Source: Planctomycetota bacterium (GTDB taxonomy: Bacteria; Planctomycetota; UBA1135; GCA-002686595). Taken from it: a stretch of DNA of 64,000 bases. Both the position numbers and the translations under genes were made by a program. Shown here piece after piece: positions 28,386 to 38,694 of this stretch. The notes beneath the pieces are model-generated. The model had not been told where the DNA came from. It worked only from the letters and a program-made list of their open reading frames with translations, and searched no databases. Numbering within the stretch: position 1 is the first letter of the stretch; every line of letters starts with the position of its first letter. The DNA is taken from NCBI GenBank assembly GCA_016872715.1, contig VGZD01000003.1:8886-72885 (forward strand). Direction: 5' to 3'.

Positions 28386-29452
28386 GCGCCCCGCGCGTGC
28401 TCGTGTGCGGGACGGTGCTCGCACAGGGTGTCGGCGGAGTGCAGCGCCACAACCGCGAGCTCTTGCCGCGACTGGCGAGCAAGCTCGAAGCGCAGGGCGG
28501 GCGTCTGGCAGTCCTGCTCGGCCGCGACGGGCTGGACTTCGAGCTGCCCGCCTCGATCGAGCGCATCGCGAGCGACGTTCCGGCGTCTCCGGCTGCTTGG
28601 CGCGCATGGCACGAGAGCGGTGCCTTGCGTTCGGTGCTCGAGCGCTCGCGCGCGCAGGGCCGAGCGTTCGATCTGGTCCACACGGCGCACTTGCCCGCCC
28701 CGCGCGGACTCGCCGTGCCGTTCACGCTCACTCTGCACGACCTCAAGAGCGTCGCGAGCCCGTTCGTGCCCCTCGCCCGTCGGCTCGTGGGCCGCAGCAT
28801 CCTGCGCTCGGCCGTTCGACGCGCGGCGCAGGTGTTTTGCGTCTCGAACACGCTGGCGCGCGAGACGCTCGAGCTCACCGGCGCCGACGCGGCGCGCGTC
28901 TGCGTCGCGCGCAACGGCTGCGATCACCTGCCGCGATTCCAGCGGGCTGCGTCGAATGAGCCATTCCTCCTGTTCGTGGGTCGGCTCGAGCCGCGCAAGG
29001 ACGTCGAGACGCTGCTGCGCGCGCTCGCGCTCGACCCAACGCTTCCGCGCGTCGTGCTCGCTGGCTCCGAGCAAGGTGATCACGGCGCCAAGCTGCGTGT
29101 TCTGGCGCAGCAGCTGAGTGTCTGCGGGCGCGTGAGCTTCGCTGGTCCGCAATCGGACTTTGCCCTCGCGCGGCTGTACGCCGAGTGCGCGGCCGTGGTG
29201 CTGCCCTCGCTGCGCGAGGGCTTCGACCTGCCGCTCGTGGAAGCGCTGCGCGCGGGCGCCCCGGCGCTCGCGAGCGATCTTCCGGTGCATCGCGAGTTGG
29301 CGGGCGAGGCTGCGAGCTACTTCGCGTCGTGCAACCCCACGCAGTTGCTCCGTGCGTGGCGCACGCGAGCGTCCGCGTCGACGCCCGCGCTCGCGACGTG
29401 GAATGACTGCGCGAGCGAGATGCTCGCGCGCTGGACCAAGCTCGTGCGCTGA
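28382..29452 (+). CDS. GT4-like glycosyltransferase
   Basis: Part of ORF 28166..29452. The TTG at 28382 overlaps the previous stop (start uncertain). Motif: 'SLREGFDLPLVEALRAGAPALAS'. Confidence 0.75.
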   Translation: MSAPRVLVCGTVLAQGVGGVQRHNRELLPRLASKLEAQGGRLAVLLGRDGLDFELPASIERIASDVPASPAAWRAWHESGALRSVLERSRAQGRAFDLVHTAHLPAPRGLAVPFTLTLHDLKSVASPFVPLARRLVGRSILRSAVRRAAQVFCVSNTLARETLELTGADAARVCVARNGCDHLPRFQRAASNEPFLLFVGRLEPRKDVETLLRALALDPTLPRVVLAGSEQGDHGAKLRVLAQQLSVCGRVSFAGPQSDFALARLYAECAAVVLPSLREGFDLPLVEALRAGAPALASDLPVHRELAGEAASYFASCNPTQLLRAWRTRASASTPALATWNDCASEMLARWTKLVR

Positions 29453-29458
29453 AGGCGC

Positions 29459-30337
29459 TCAACGCTCGTCGTCGACGTCGAGCGTGCTCTCGGACTCCAG
29501 ATCGCTCGCGGCGCGGTCGCTCGCACGCCGCTTGAACCACGCGGCGCCGGAGTACGCGATCCAGGCCAGCCCCGCCATCACCGCGAGCGCGGCGAGGGCG
29601 ATCAGGAACTTCGTCCAGCCGCCGAGCTGGGACAGCTCCGCGTTGGCGAGTCCACTCCGCGCATCCACCTTGGAGTACTGCAGCACGCGTTCGCCCGCGC
29701 GTTCCTTGTTGCGCGAGATGGTCGCGCCCGCACCGGCGGGCGCGTGGCCGAACACGTCGGCGGCCGCGGGCGCGGACGCTGAGGTCGCACGACGCAGCAC
29801 GATCTCGGGCTCGCCGCTCGATGGGGACGGCGCGTTGCGGCGCTCGACGCGCGTGGGTTGCCTCGCGGGCTCGTCGGCGGCCTCGAGCTCGATCTCGTCG
29901 ACCTCCATCGGCGCGGCGCGCGGTGCGTCGAGCAAGGCCTCGCGTTCGAGGTCGAGCATGGGCTCGCGTTCGAGGTCGAGCACGGGCTCGCGTTCGAGGT
30001 CGAGCATGGGCTCGCGTTCGAGGTCGAGCACGGGCACGGGCTCGAACTCGGGCTCGTGGTCGCGAAAGCGCAGGGAAAGCTCGCCCAACTGAAACTCGCA
30101 GCCGTCGACGAGATCGATGCGCTGCACGCGCGCCTTCTGAAACAAGATGCCGTTCGTCGAACCATCGTCGAGCAGGCTCCAGCGCCCATCCTCGCACTCG
30201 AAGTGCGCATGCCGACGGGACACCGAGCCGTGCTTGAGCGTGATCGGCGTCTCGCTGGTGCGGCCGACCGCGTCGCCCGCGCGCACGCGAAACGACTTGC
30301 CGACCTGCGGCCCCGAGAGCACGAACAGCCTCGCCAC
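29459..30337 (-). CDS. FHA-domain protein with an acidic tandem repeat and a C-terminal TM anchor
   Basis: GTG at 30337 gives 'VARLFVLSGPQVGKSFRV...GRTSE..ITL....VSRRHAHFE...W.LLDDGSTNG' (FHA). There are 4 x 'LDLEREP(M/V)' repeats and the C-terminal TM segment 'FLIALAALAVMAGLAWIAY'. Confidence 0.75.
   Translation of the reverse strand: MARLFVLSGPQVGKSFRVRAGDAVGRTSETPITLKHGSVSRRHAHFECEDGRWSLLDDGSTNGILFQKARVQRIDLVDGCEFQLGELSLRFRDHEPEFEPVPVLDLEREPMLDLEREPVLDLEREPMLDLEREALLDAPRAAPMEVDEIELEAADEPARQPTRVERRNAPSPSSGEPEIVLRRATSASAPAAADVFGHAPAGAGATISRNKERAGERVLQYSKVDARSGLANAELSQLGGWTKFLIALAALAVMAGLAWIAYSGAAWFKRRASDRAASDLESESTLDVDDER
29939..30034. repeat. Intragenic 24-bp tandem repeat, 4 copies, inside the FHA gene
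   Basis: The unit 'ctcgcgttcgaggtcgagca(t/c)ggg' was read four times. Copies alternate t/c/t/c, so this is really 2 copies of a 48-bp unit. Confidence 0.9.
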
Positions 30338-30672
30338 TAGCCCGACTCCCCCGCCCGCTCCCACTCGCTCGCGAGGCGTTCGAACTTGCGCTGGAACTCC
30401 TCCGCGCTCGCGCGGCCCTTGAAAGCCACGCGGCCCGCGATTTCGAGCACCGGAATCGAGCGCCCGTGGAGCGCTTCGAGCTCCGGGTCCGATCGCACGT
30501 CGACCTCGCGCAGCTCGTAGCGCCGCGAGACCCTCGCTCGCGCGATCTCGCGCTTGAGGTCTTCGCACAGTCCACAGCCGCTCGCCGTGTACAGCACCAG
30601 CGGGACGGGGCGCGAGCGCCAGCGATCGAGGAAGGCCACCACGGCGCAGAGGATAGCGCACCCGCTCAGCAC
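30337..30672 (-). CDS. Glutaredoxin-like (thioredoxin-fold, DUF836-like) small protein
   Basis: The tail of ORF 30337..32634 carries 'LVLYTASGCGLCEDLKREI...RSIPVLEIAG'. The GTG at 30672 is one possible start, and a shorter form is possible. Confidence 0.6.
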   Translation of the reverse strand: MLSGCAILCAVVAFLDRWRSRPVPLVLYTASGCGLCEDLKREIARARVSRRYELREVDVRSDPELEALHGRSIPVLEIAGRVAFKGRASAEEFQRKFERLASEWERAGESG

Positions 30673-30711
30673 CTTCCCAGCGGCGGCGCGCTGCGCCAGA
30701 CTCTGGCGACG

Positions 30712-31584
30712 ATGGACCCGTCCGAGTCCCTGCCTGCGATCGACGTGCGCGGCCTCGTGCGCAGCTATCGGCGCGGATTTTTCGCTCGCGCCCACGTCGC
30801 GCTGCACGGCCTCGACCTCACGCTCGCGCGCGGCGAGTGCGTCGGCCTCATCGGGCCCAACGGATCGGGCAAGAGCACGCTGCTGCGCGTGCTCGCCGCG
30901 CTCGACGAGCCCGACTCGGGGCAGGTGCGCGTCTTCGGCGCGGATCCCGACGCGCGCGCCGCGCGACGCGTCACGGGTTTTTGTCCCGAGGACTCGCCCT
31001 ATCCGACCGAGCTGCGCGCGCGCGACGTGCTCGCCTTGCTCGGCAGCCTGCGGAGCATGGAACGTGCGGCCTGCGAACGGCGCGCCGCGGAGCTGCTCGA
31101 GCGCGTCGGGCTCGCGCACGTGGCGCGCGAACGACTCGGCGGCTTCTCGCGCGGCATGTTGCGGCGTTTCTGCATCGCGGCGTCGCTGCTGCACGAGCCG
31201 AAGCTGCTCCTGCTCGACGAGCCGACCGCGGGGCTCGATGCACAGGGCTTCGCGGCCATCGAGAGCCTGCTCGACGAGGCGCGCGCGCGCGGGACGACGC
31301 TGCTCGTTTCCTCGCACCTCCTGAGCGACTTGCACCAGCGCTGCGAGCGGCTCGTCGCACTCGTCGATGGCCGCATCGTCGCGCAGGGAGATGCACACAC
31401 ACTCGCGGCGAGCCTCGGCAGCGCCGCGCGGCTCGAGCTGTGCTTCGAAGGACTCGACGCGGACTCGATCGCGGAGTTGCGGCGCGTCGCACAGGCTCGC
31501 GGAGCGCGCCTCGTCGGAGTGCAGCCCGCGCAGTCGAATCTGGTCGAGCTGTATCGCCGCGGCGCGGCTGCGCGGCGACCATGA
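30712..31584 (+). CDS. ABC transporter ATP-binding protein
   Basis: ATG at 30712 in ORF 30466..31584. Walker A 'GPNGSGKST', signature-like 'FSRGMLRR' and Walker B 'LLLLDEPTAGLD'. Confidence 0.85.
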   Translation: MDPSESLPAIDVRGLVRSYRRGFFARAHVALHGLDLTLARGECVGLIGPNGSGKSTLLRVLAALDEPDSGQVRVFGADPDARAARRVTGFCPEDSPYPTELRARDVLALLGSLRSMERAACERRAAELLERVGLAHVARERLGGFSRGMLRRFCIAASLLHEPKLLLLDEPTAGLDAQGFAAIESLLDEARARGTTLLVSSHLLSDLHQRCERLVALVDGRIVAQGDAHTLAASLGSAARLELCFEGLDADSIAELRRVAQARGARLVGVQPAQSNLVELYRRGAAARRP

Positions 31585-32618
31585 ACCTGCGCCTCGCCGC
31601 GCTCGCGGTGCGCCGCGTCGCACCGTGGTGGGTCGCGCTCGCGCTAGCACTCGTCGGCGTGCTCGCGGCAAGCTCCGCGGCGAGTTCCTTGCCCGCGGCC
31701 TCCGCGCTCGCGCGACAAGGCGTGTGGAGCGTGCTCGCGCTGCTCGCGACCCTGACGTTCGTGCCGCGCGCGGCGGGGCTCGCCGCACGCTTTTCGAGCC
31801 TCGAGTTTGGCTGGGTCGGCGCGCAGCCCCTGTCGCGCGCGCGCTGGTTCGCCACCTGCCTCGCGGGCTCGCTCGCGGCTGCGCTCGCCGTGTGCGCGCT
31901 CGCCGCAACGCTCGCGGAAAGTGCGGCTCGCTTCGACGGAGCGTCGCTGCGCGAGGTTGGACTCGCTGCCGTTCCAGAACGCGGCGTGCTCGACGGCCGC
32001 GAGAGCGTGCGCTGGAGCGTCGATGCCGAGGCGGGCGAGACGCTGCGGGTCGAGTTGTCGTGCGTGAACATCGAGCCCACGGCCGAGGTCGAGTGGCGCG
32101 CGCGACGGGGCGGCGAGCAGCGCCGCGTGCGCGCGACGATTTCGCGGCCGCAGGCGCTGGAGCTCGCGATTCCGGCCGGAGTCGGCCCCGTCGAGCTCGA
32201 GCTCGAGCGCACGTCCGGTGGCGCGCTGGTCGTGCTCTCGGGCGAGCGCCTGCAACGCCTCGCGCCCTGCGGGAGCTCGCGCAGCGCGTCGCTCGCGCTC
32301 GCGTGCCACGCCCTGCTCGCGTGGAGTGCGCTGATGGCGCTCGCGCTCGGCCTCGCGCCTTGGATCGGCACGCGCCTCGCTGGAGCACTCGCACTGGTCG
32401 TGCCGCTCGCGGCGTGGCTCGCGGGCGACGAGTTCGCCGTCGACGTCTCGCCGACGGGTGCGCTCGTGCGCGCGCTCGAGGTCGCGGGCCGCGGGCTCGT
32501 ACCGGCGCTGCCGTCGCTCGCGGAGGTCGCCTGCGCCGCCGCGTGCTCCGCGGTCGGTGGCGTGTTGTTCGTGCGCGGTCTGGGGCGCGAGCGAGGGCGC
32601 GAGCGAGAGGGCGCATGA
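31581..32618 (+). CDS. Hypothetical polytopic membrane protein (putative atypical ABC partner)
   Basis: ATG at 31581 (ATGA overlap). Hydrophobic helices at both ends flank a soluble segment of about 120 aa. Confidence 0.5.
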   Translation: MNLRLAALAVRRVAPWWVALALALVGVLAASSAASSLPAASALARQGVWSVLALLATLTFVPRAAGLAARFSSLEFGWVGAQPLSRARWFATCLAGSLAAALAVCALAATLAESAARFDGASLREVGLAAVPERGVLDGRESVRWSVDAEAGETLRVELSCVNIEPTAEVEWRARRGGEQRRVRATISRPQALELAIPAGVGPVELELERTSGGALVVLSGERLQRLAPCGSSRSASLALACHALLAWSALMALALGLAPWIGTRLAGALALVVPLAAWLAGDEFAVDVSPTGALVRALEVAGRGLVPALPSLAEVACAAACSAVGGVLFVRGLGRERGREREGA

Positions 32619-33190
32619 GACGCGCGGCGCGCAAGCTGGGGTGGGTCGCGCTCCTGGGAACGAGCCTCGTGCTCGCCGTCTACGGCGCGCGCGGCGCAGC
32701 GCCGGGCTCTTCGCTCACCATGCGCCTCGCCGGTCCGCTCGCCGGCCCCCTCGCGGCCGCGCAGTGGGTGCGCGTGGATCTCGCCATCCGCGCGGGCCGC
32801 ACCGATCTGGCGCTCGCGCGCGCCCAGACCGCCTTCGCGCTCAACCCCACCGCGACCTCCGGCTGGTTCTTCCTCTCGCGCCACCTCGCCTTCGACCTGT
32901 CGTCGCCCGAGCGCGAGCCCGACGCCGCCGTGCGCCTGCGCTGGGTGCAGGCCGCCTTGGCGATCGCGGCGCGCGGCGAAAGCACGGCGGACGAGCCCTC
33001 CGAGCTCGCCTTCTGGCAGGGGCTCGTGCTCGCGCGCACGGCCGAGGTCGACCCGCGGCTCGCTTGGCCGGGCGGCGTGGTCGGGATGTGGTCCGAGGCG
33101 GCCGAGCACTTCGAGCGCGCCGCGCGCGGCGGGCATCCCGAGGCGTCCGCCGCGGCGGAAATGGCCCGTCGCGCGCGCGATTCTCGCTGA
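32615..33190 (+). CDS. Hypothetical membrane-anchored helical protein
   Basis: ATG at 32615 (ATGA overlap) in ORF 31367..33190. It has the N-terminal anchor 'LGWVALLGTSLVLAVY'; the rest is Ala/Leu-rich and helical. Confidence 0.45.
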   Translation: MRRAARKLGWVALLGTSLVLAVYGARGAAPGSSLTMRLAGPLAGPLAAAQWVRVDLAIRAGRTDLALARAQTAFALNPTATSGWFFLSRHLAFDLSSPEREPDAAVRLRWVQAALAIAARGESTADEPSELAFWQGLVLARTAEVDPRLAWPGGVVGMWSEAAEHFERAARGGHPEASAAAEMARRARDSR

Positions 33191-33226
33191 GGCCCGCGCC
33201 CTCCGCGGCTGGTAGGATCCCGCGCC

Positions 33227-33880
33227 GTGCTTCCGTTGCTCCTCGTCGAAGGTCTGGGCGAGCTCGTCAAGGGCTACATCACGCGCTTCAACTATCTGGG
33301 AGCGTTCGTGGTGCTGCTCCTGTGCGGCGTCGGCCTGCCGCTGCCGGAGGAAGTGACGCTGGTGGCCTGCGGCTACCTGATGCACGAGGGCGAGGTCGAG
33401 TTCTGGCGCGTCTCGGCGGTCTGCAGCACGGCCATCCTGCTCGGCGACTCGATCCCCTTCTGGCTCGGACGCATCTACGGCATGCGGGCCCTGCAGGGGC
33501 GCTTGGTGCGCCGCATCCTCCATCCTGAGCGCTTCGCGCGGCTCGAGGACAAGTTCACGAGCCACGGCCTGTGGGCCACCTTCGTGCTGCGCTTCATGCC
33601 CGGAGCCCGCATCGCCGGCTACTTCCTCGTCGGCACCATGAAGATGGGTTACGGGCGCTTCCTGCTGATCGATGCGCTCGGTGTGGCGGTCAGCGTGCCG
33701 TCCTCGATCTGGGCGGCGAGCTATGCGGCCGAAAAGCTGGCCGAGGGCGGGCTTTCGGGGACCACCAAGCTCCTGATCCTGATCGCGATCGTGGTCGTGT
33801 TGGCGCTCGCGGGACGCTTCCTGCGCAAGCGCCAGCAGCCGCCCTCCCCGCCCGATCCGGCTCAGGAGCCGCAGGCCTGA
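33227..33880 (+). CDS. DedA / VTT-domain membrane protein
   Basis: 217-aa ORF with 'GLPLPEEVTLVACGYL', 'LGDSIPFWLGRIYG' and 'RFMPGARIAGYFLVG'. Confidence 0.75.
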   Translation: MLPLLLVEGLGELVKGYITRFNYLGAFVVLLLCGVGLPLPEEVTLVACGYLMHEGEVEFWRVSAVCSTAILLGDSIPFWLGRIYGMRALQGRLVRRILHPERFARLEDKFTSHGLWATFVLRFMPGARIAGYFLVGTMKMGYGRFLLIDALGVAVSVPSSIWAASYAAEKLAEGGLSGTTKLLILIAIVVVLALAGRFLRKRQQPPSPPDPAQEPQA

Positions 33881-33989
33881 TGCCGCGCTCGGCAGGGCGA
33901 GGGCAGCGCCCGTCGAAGCGACCGGACGCGCAACGGCCCAAGAAGCTCCAGTCCAGTATCTGGACGGAGCGCCGCGACCTAACCTAACG

Positions 33990-34017
33990 TTGACCGGCGA
34001 ATGGGCCGCCGTAGACT
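33990..34017 (+). promoter_or_regulatory. Candidate sigma70-like promoter for the pyrophosphatase gene (TTGACC-16 nt-TAGACT)
   Basis: The hexamers were read directly at 33990..33995 and 34012..34017, about 145 nt upstream of the ATG at 34162. Confidence 0.3.
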
Positions 34018-34161
34018 GCTCGCCCAAAACCACGGGCCGTCGCCCCGGACGCCGCTCCCGAGAGGGAACGGGGCCCGACGACGCACCCGCGCAATCGTCC
34101 CACCCACCTTGGCAGGGCACACCGCCCCGCCGTCCCCACCTCTCAAGCCCCCGATCCCCGG

Positions 34162-36258
<2,097 letters not shown>

Positions 36259-36278
36259 GGCCACGGCAGCGCGCATCC

Positions 36279-36326
36279 GCGAGCCCCGCCCCGGCCGACA
36301 CGCGCCGGAGCGGGGCTCGCGCTTTG
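36279..36326 (+). terminator. Stem-loop followed by GCTTTG after hppA
   Basis: The arms 'gcgagccccgc' (36279..36289) and 'gcggggctcgc' (36310..36320) are perfectly complementary. The inner 'ccggc...gccgg' segments also pair, and a short T-run follows. Confidence 0.5.
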
Positions 36327-36475
36327 CAACGGCTCGCTTGGACGTCGCCCTAGCTCACCTCTAGACTCCCGCTCTCTGGCTCAAAGAACCGCACCCGAGG
36401 CCTACCATCGAATCTCTGGAGCTTGCCGCATCTGCGGCCCAACTCGCCGATGAAAAGAAGGGCACCGACATCAAG

Positions 36476-36808
36476 GTGCTCGAACTCGCGGAGTCCGCTC
36501 GTGTAGCCGACTTCGTCGTGCTCGCCACGGGCAAGTCACGCCCGCAGGTGCGCGCGATGTACGAGGAGATCCACTCGCGCATGAAGGCCGCCGGAGTGCG
36601 CCACGCGCGCGCCGAGGGCGTCGACCTCGGTTGGTGGATCCTGCTCGATTTCGGCGACGTGATCGTGCACCTGATGCAGCCCGAGGCGCGGCAGTACTAC
36701 GACCTCGACGGCCTGTACCGCGAGGCGCGCGAGGTCGATTGGTCCAAGGTCGAACGTCCGGCGCTGCCCTCGACGCGCAATCGTCGCGCGCGCCGCGGCG
36801 AAGCCTGA
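36476..36808 (+). CDS. rsfS: Ribosome silencing factor RsfS
   Basis: ORF 36476..36808 carries 'ADFVVLATGKSRPQVRAM', 'WILLDFGDVIVHLMQPEARQYYDLDGLY'. The true start may lie upstream (see findings). Confidence 0.8.
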   Translation: MLELAESARVADFVVLATGKSRPQVRAMYEEIHSRMKAAGVRHARAEGVDLGWWILLDFGDVIVHLMQPEARQYYDLDGLYREAREVDWSKVERPALPSTRNRRARRGEA

Positions 36809-36824
36809 GAGCGGCGCCGACGCG

Positions 36825-38546
36825 ATGGAGTGGCTCGAGTGGGGCGAGGCTGCGTTCGACGAGGCGCGCGCGCGGCGCGCTCCGACGCTGCTCCTCGTGC
36901 ACGCGCGCTGGTGTCGCTTCTGTCGTGACCTGCGCGAACGCGTGCTCGTCGATGAGCGCGTCGTCGACGCCCTGCGCCGCGACTTCGTGTGCATCGCGGC
37001 CGAACGCGATGACCGCCCGGATCTCGCGGCGCGCTATTCGCGCGGCGGCTGGCCGACGCTGGCGTTCTTGGACGAGCATGGAGAGCTGTTGGCGGCGGAC
37101 GGGTTCCTCGAAGTCGACGAACTCCTGGCGCGGTTGGCGCTGGTAGCGGGCTACTTCGCCGAGCAACGCGCGAGCGTGCACGAGCGATCGGCGGCGCACT
37201 CGGCGCAAGGCGAGCACGGAGCCGTCGCGCGCGCGGAGCTGAACGCGGAGCTGCTCGAGCAGCATGCGCGCTGGCTGTGCGCGAGCGCGGACCCCGTACA
37301 CGGTGGTTGGGGCTCGCCGCACAAGTTCGCGCACCCACAGTCCCTCGAGTACTCGCTCCTGCGCTGGTCGCACGGTGGCGACGAGCTGATGCGCAAGCTC
37401 GTCCTGCGGACGCTCTGCAACGTGCAGACCGGCGAGATCCACGATCGCGTCGAAGGCGGCTTCTACCGCTGCGCGACGGCTCAGGACTGGAGCGGCCCGC
37501 ACCATGCCAAGCTGCTCGATGCCAATGCCGAGTGGCTGCGTGCCTATGCCGGAGCTTTCCAAGCGCTCAAGGAGCAGAGTTTCCGCGGGACGGCGGAATC
37601 CACGCTCGCGTGGCTGCTCGACACGTTGCTCGACCGCCGCACCGGCGCCTTTGGATCGAGCCAGCTCGCCGATCCGCTCCACGCGCACCTGCGCACGCGC
37701 GCGGCTCGCGCGGCCCACGGCGCGCCGGAGTGCGACGAGAGCGTGTACGCGGACGGCAACGCACTCGCGGCCAGCGCACTGTTCGCGGCGGGCGATGCGT
37801 TCGGCAAGCCGGACTGCGCCGAGCACGCGCTGCGCGCGCTCGAGTTCGTGCTGCAAGAGCTGTACGACCCGCACCGCGGCGTGCTGCACGGCTGGCGCGG
37901 TGCGGCCCGTCCTCCGATCCTGCTGCGGGACCAGTCGCTGACGCTCGCTGCGATCCTCGACGCGTTCGAGCACACCGGACGCGCGCGCTACCTCGGGTTC
38001 GCGACGGAACTCGCCAGCTTGACCGTCGAGCGGCTGGCGAGCGAGGAAGGTGGCTTCTGGGACCTGCGCCTCGATCCGCGAGCGCACGGAGCCCTGCGCC
38101 GCCGTCGCCGCTCCTTGGCCGACAACGCGCGCATGGCGCAAGGCCTGCTCAGGCTGTCGTTCATGACACTCGAGCCGCGCTGGCACTCGATCGCCAAGGC
38201 GACGCTCGAGTCGTTTGCCGGTGAGTTCCAGCGCCATGGACACGCCGCTTCGACGTTCGCGCAGGCCGCCCACCTGCTGCTGGAGGACACCGTGCACGTC
38301 CTGATCGTCGGCGAGCCTGAGCACGACGACACGCGCGCCTTGCAGCGCGCCGCGCTCGCCTCCTACGCCGGCCAGCGCATCGTCCAGCTCGTGCCTCCCA
38401 GCGACACCGCCACTCTGGCGCGCTTCGAGTTGCCGACGGGGAGCGAGCGCGCGCAGGCCTACGTTCGCTGTGGCTCGCGTCCGACCTCGATGACGGCTGC
38501 TCCCGAGCGCCTGCCGTCTCTGCTCACGCGACTCGAATACGTCTAG
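36825..38546 (+). CDS. Thioredoxin-domain DUF255 (YyaL-like) protein with an (alpha/alpha)6-barrel-like C-terminal region
   Basis: 573-aa ORF. 'W..W.EAF.EAR...AP.LL.VHARWCRFCRDL...RDDRPDL...Y....GWPT..FL' is the DUF255 N-terminal pattern. Confidence 0.8.
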   Translation: MEWLEWGEAAFDEARARRAPTLLLVHARWCRFCRDLRERVLVDERVVDALRRDFVCIAAERDDRPDLAARYSRGGWPTLAFLDEHGELLAADGFLEVDELLARLALVAGYFAEQRASVHERSAAHSAQGEHGAVARAELNAELLEQHARWLCASADPVHGGWGSPHKFAHPQSLEYSLLRWSHGGDELMRKLVLRTLCNVQTGEIHDRVEGGFYRCATAQDWSGPHHAKLLDANAEWLRAYAGAFQALKEQSFRGTAESTLAWLLDTLLDRRTGAFGSSQLADPLHAHLRTRAARAAHGAPECDESVYADGNALAASALFAAGDAFGKPDCAEHALRALEFVLQELYDPHRGVLHGWRGAARPPILLRDQSLTLAAILDAFEHTGRARYLGFATELASLTVERLASEEGGFWDLRLDPRAHGALRRRRRSLADNARMAQGLLRLSFMTLEPRWHSIAKATLESFAGEFQRHGHAASTFAQAAHLLLEDTVHVLIVGEPEHDDTRALQRAALASYAGQRIVQLVPPSDTATLARFELPTGSERAQAYVRCGSRPTSMTAAPERLPSLLTRLEYV

Positions 38547-38694
38547 CCCGCACGCCCCGATCGCCGAGCGGGCGCAACCTGGCGCGCGAATCAGCCGATC
38601 GCAGTCGGCGGATCGCGCTCGATGAGCGCCTCCCGATGCCCAAGCAGCAGCACGTCGAGCTCTCGGTGCAGCTCCAAAAGCTCGCGGAAGCTCG

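Noticed and set aside
30971-34120. 1,049-aa minus-strand ORF, plus the 1,235-aa plus-strand ORF at 49044..52751
   Set aside because: Both have shadow-frame composition (poly-R/A/S/P). They overlap well-supported genes on the other strand: the ABC module and DedA in one case, the octahaem cytochrome in the other.
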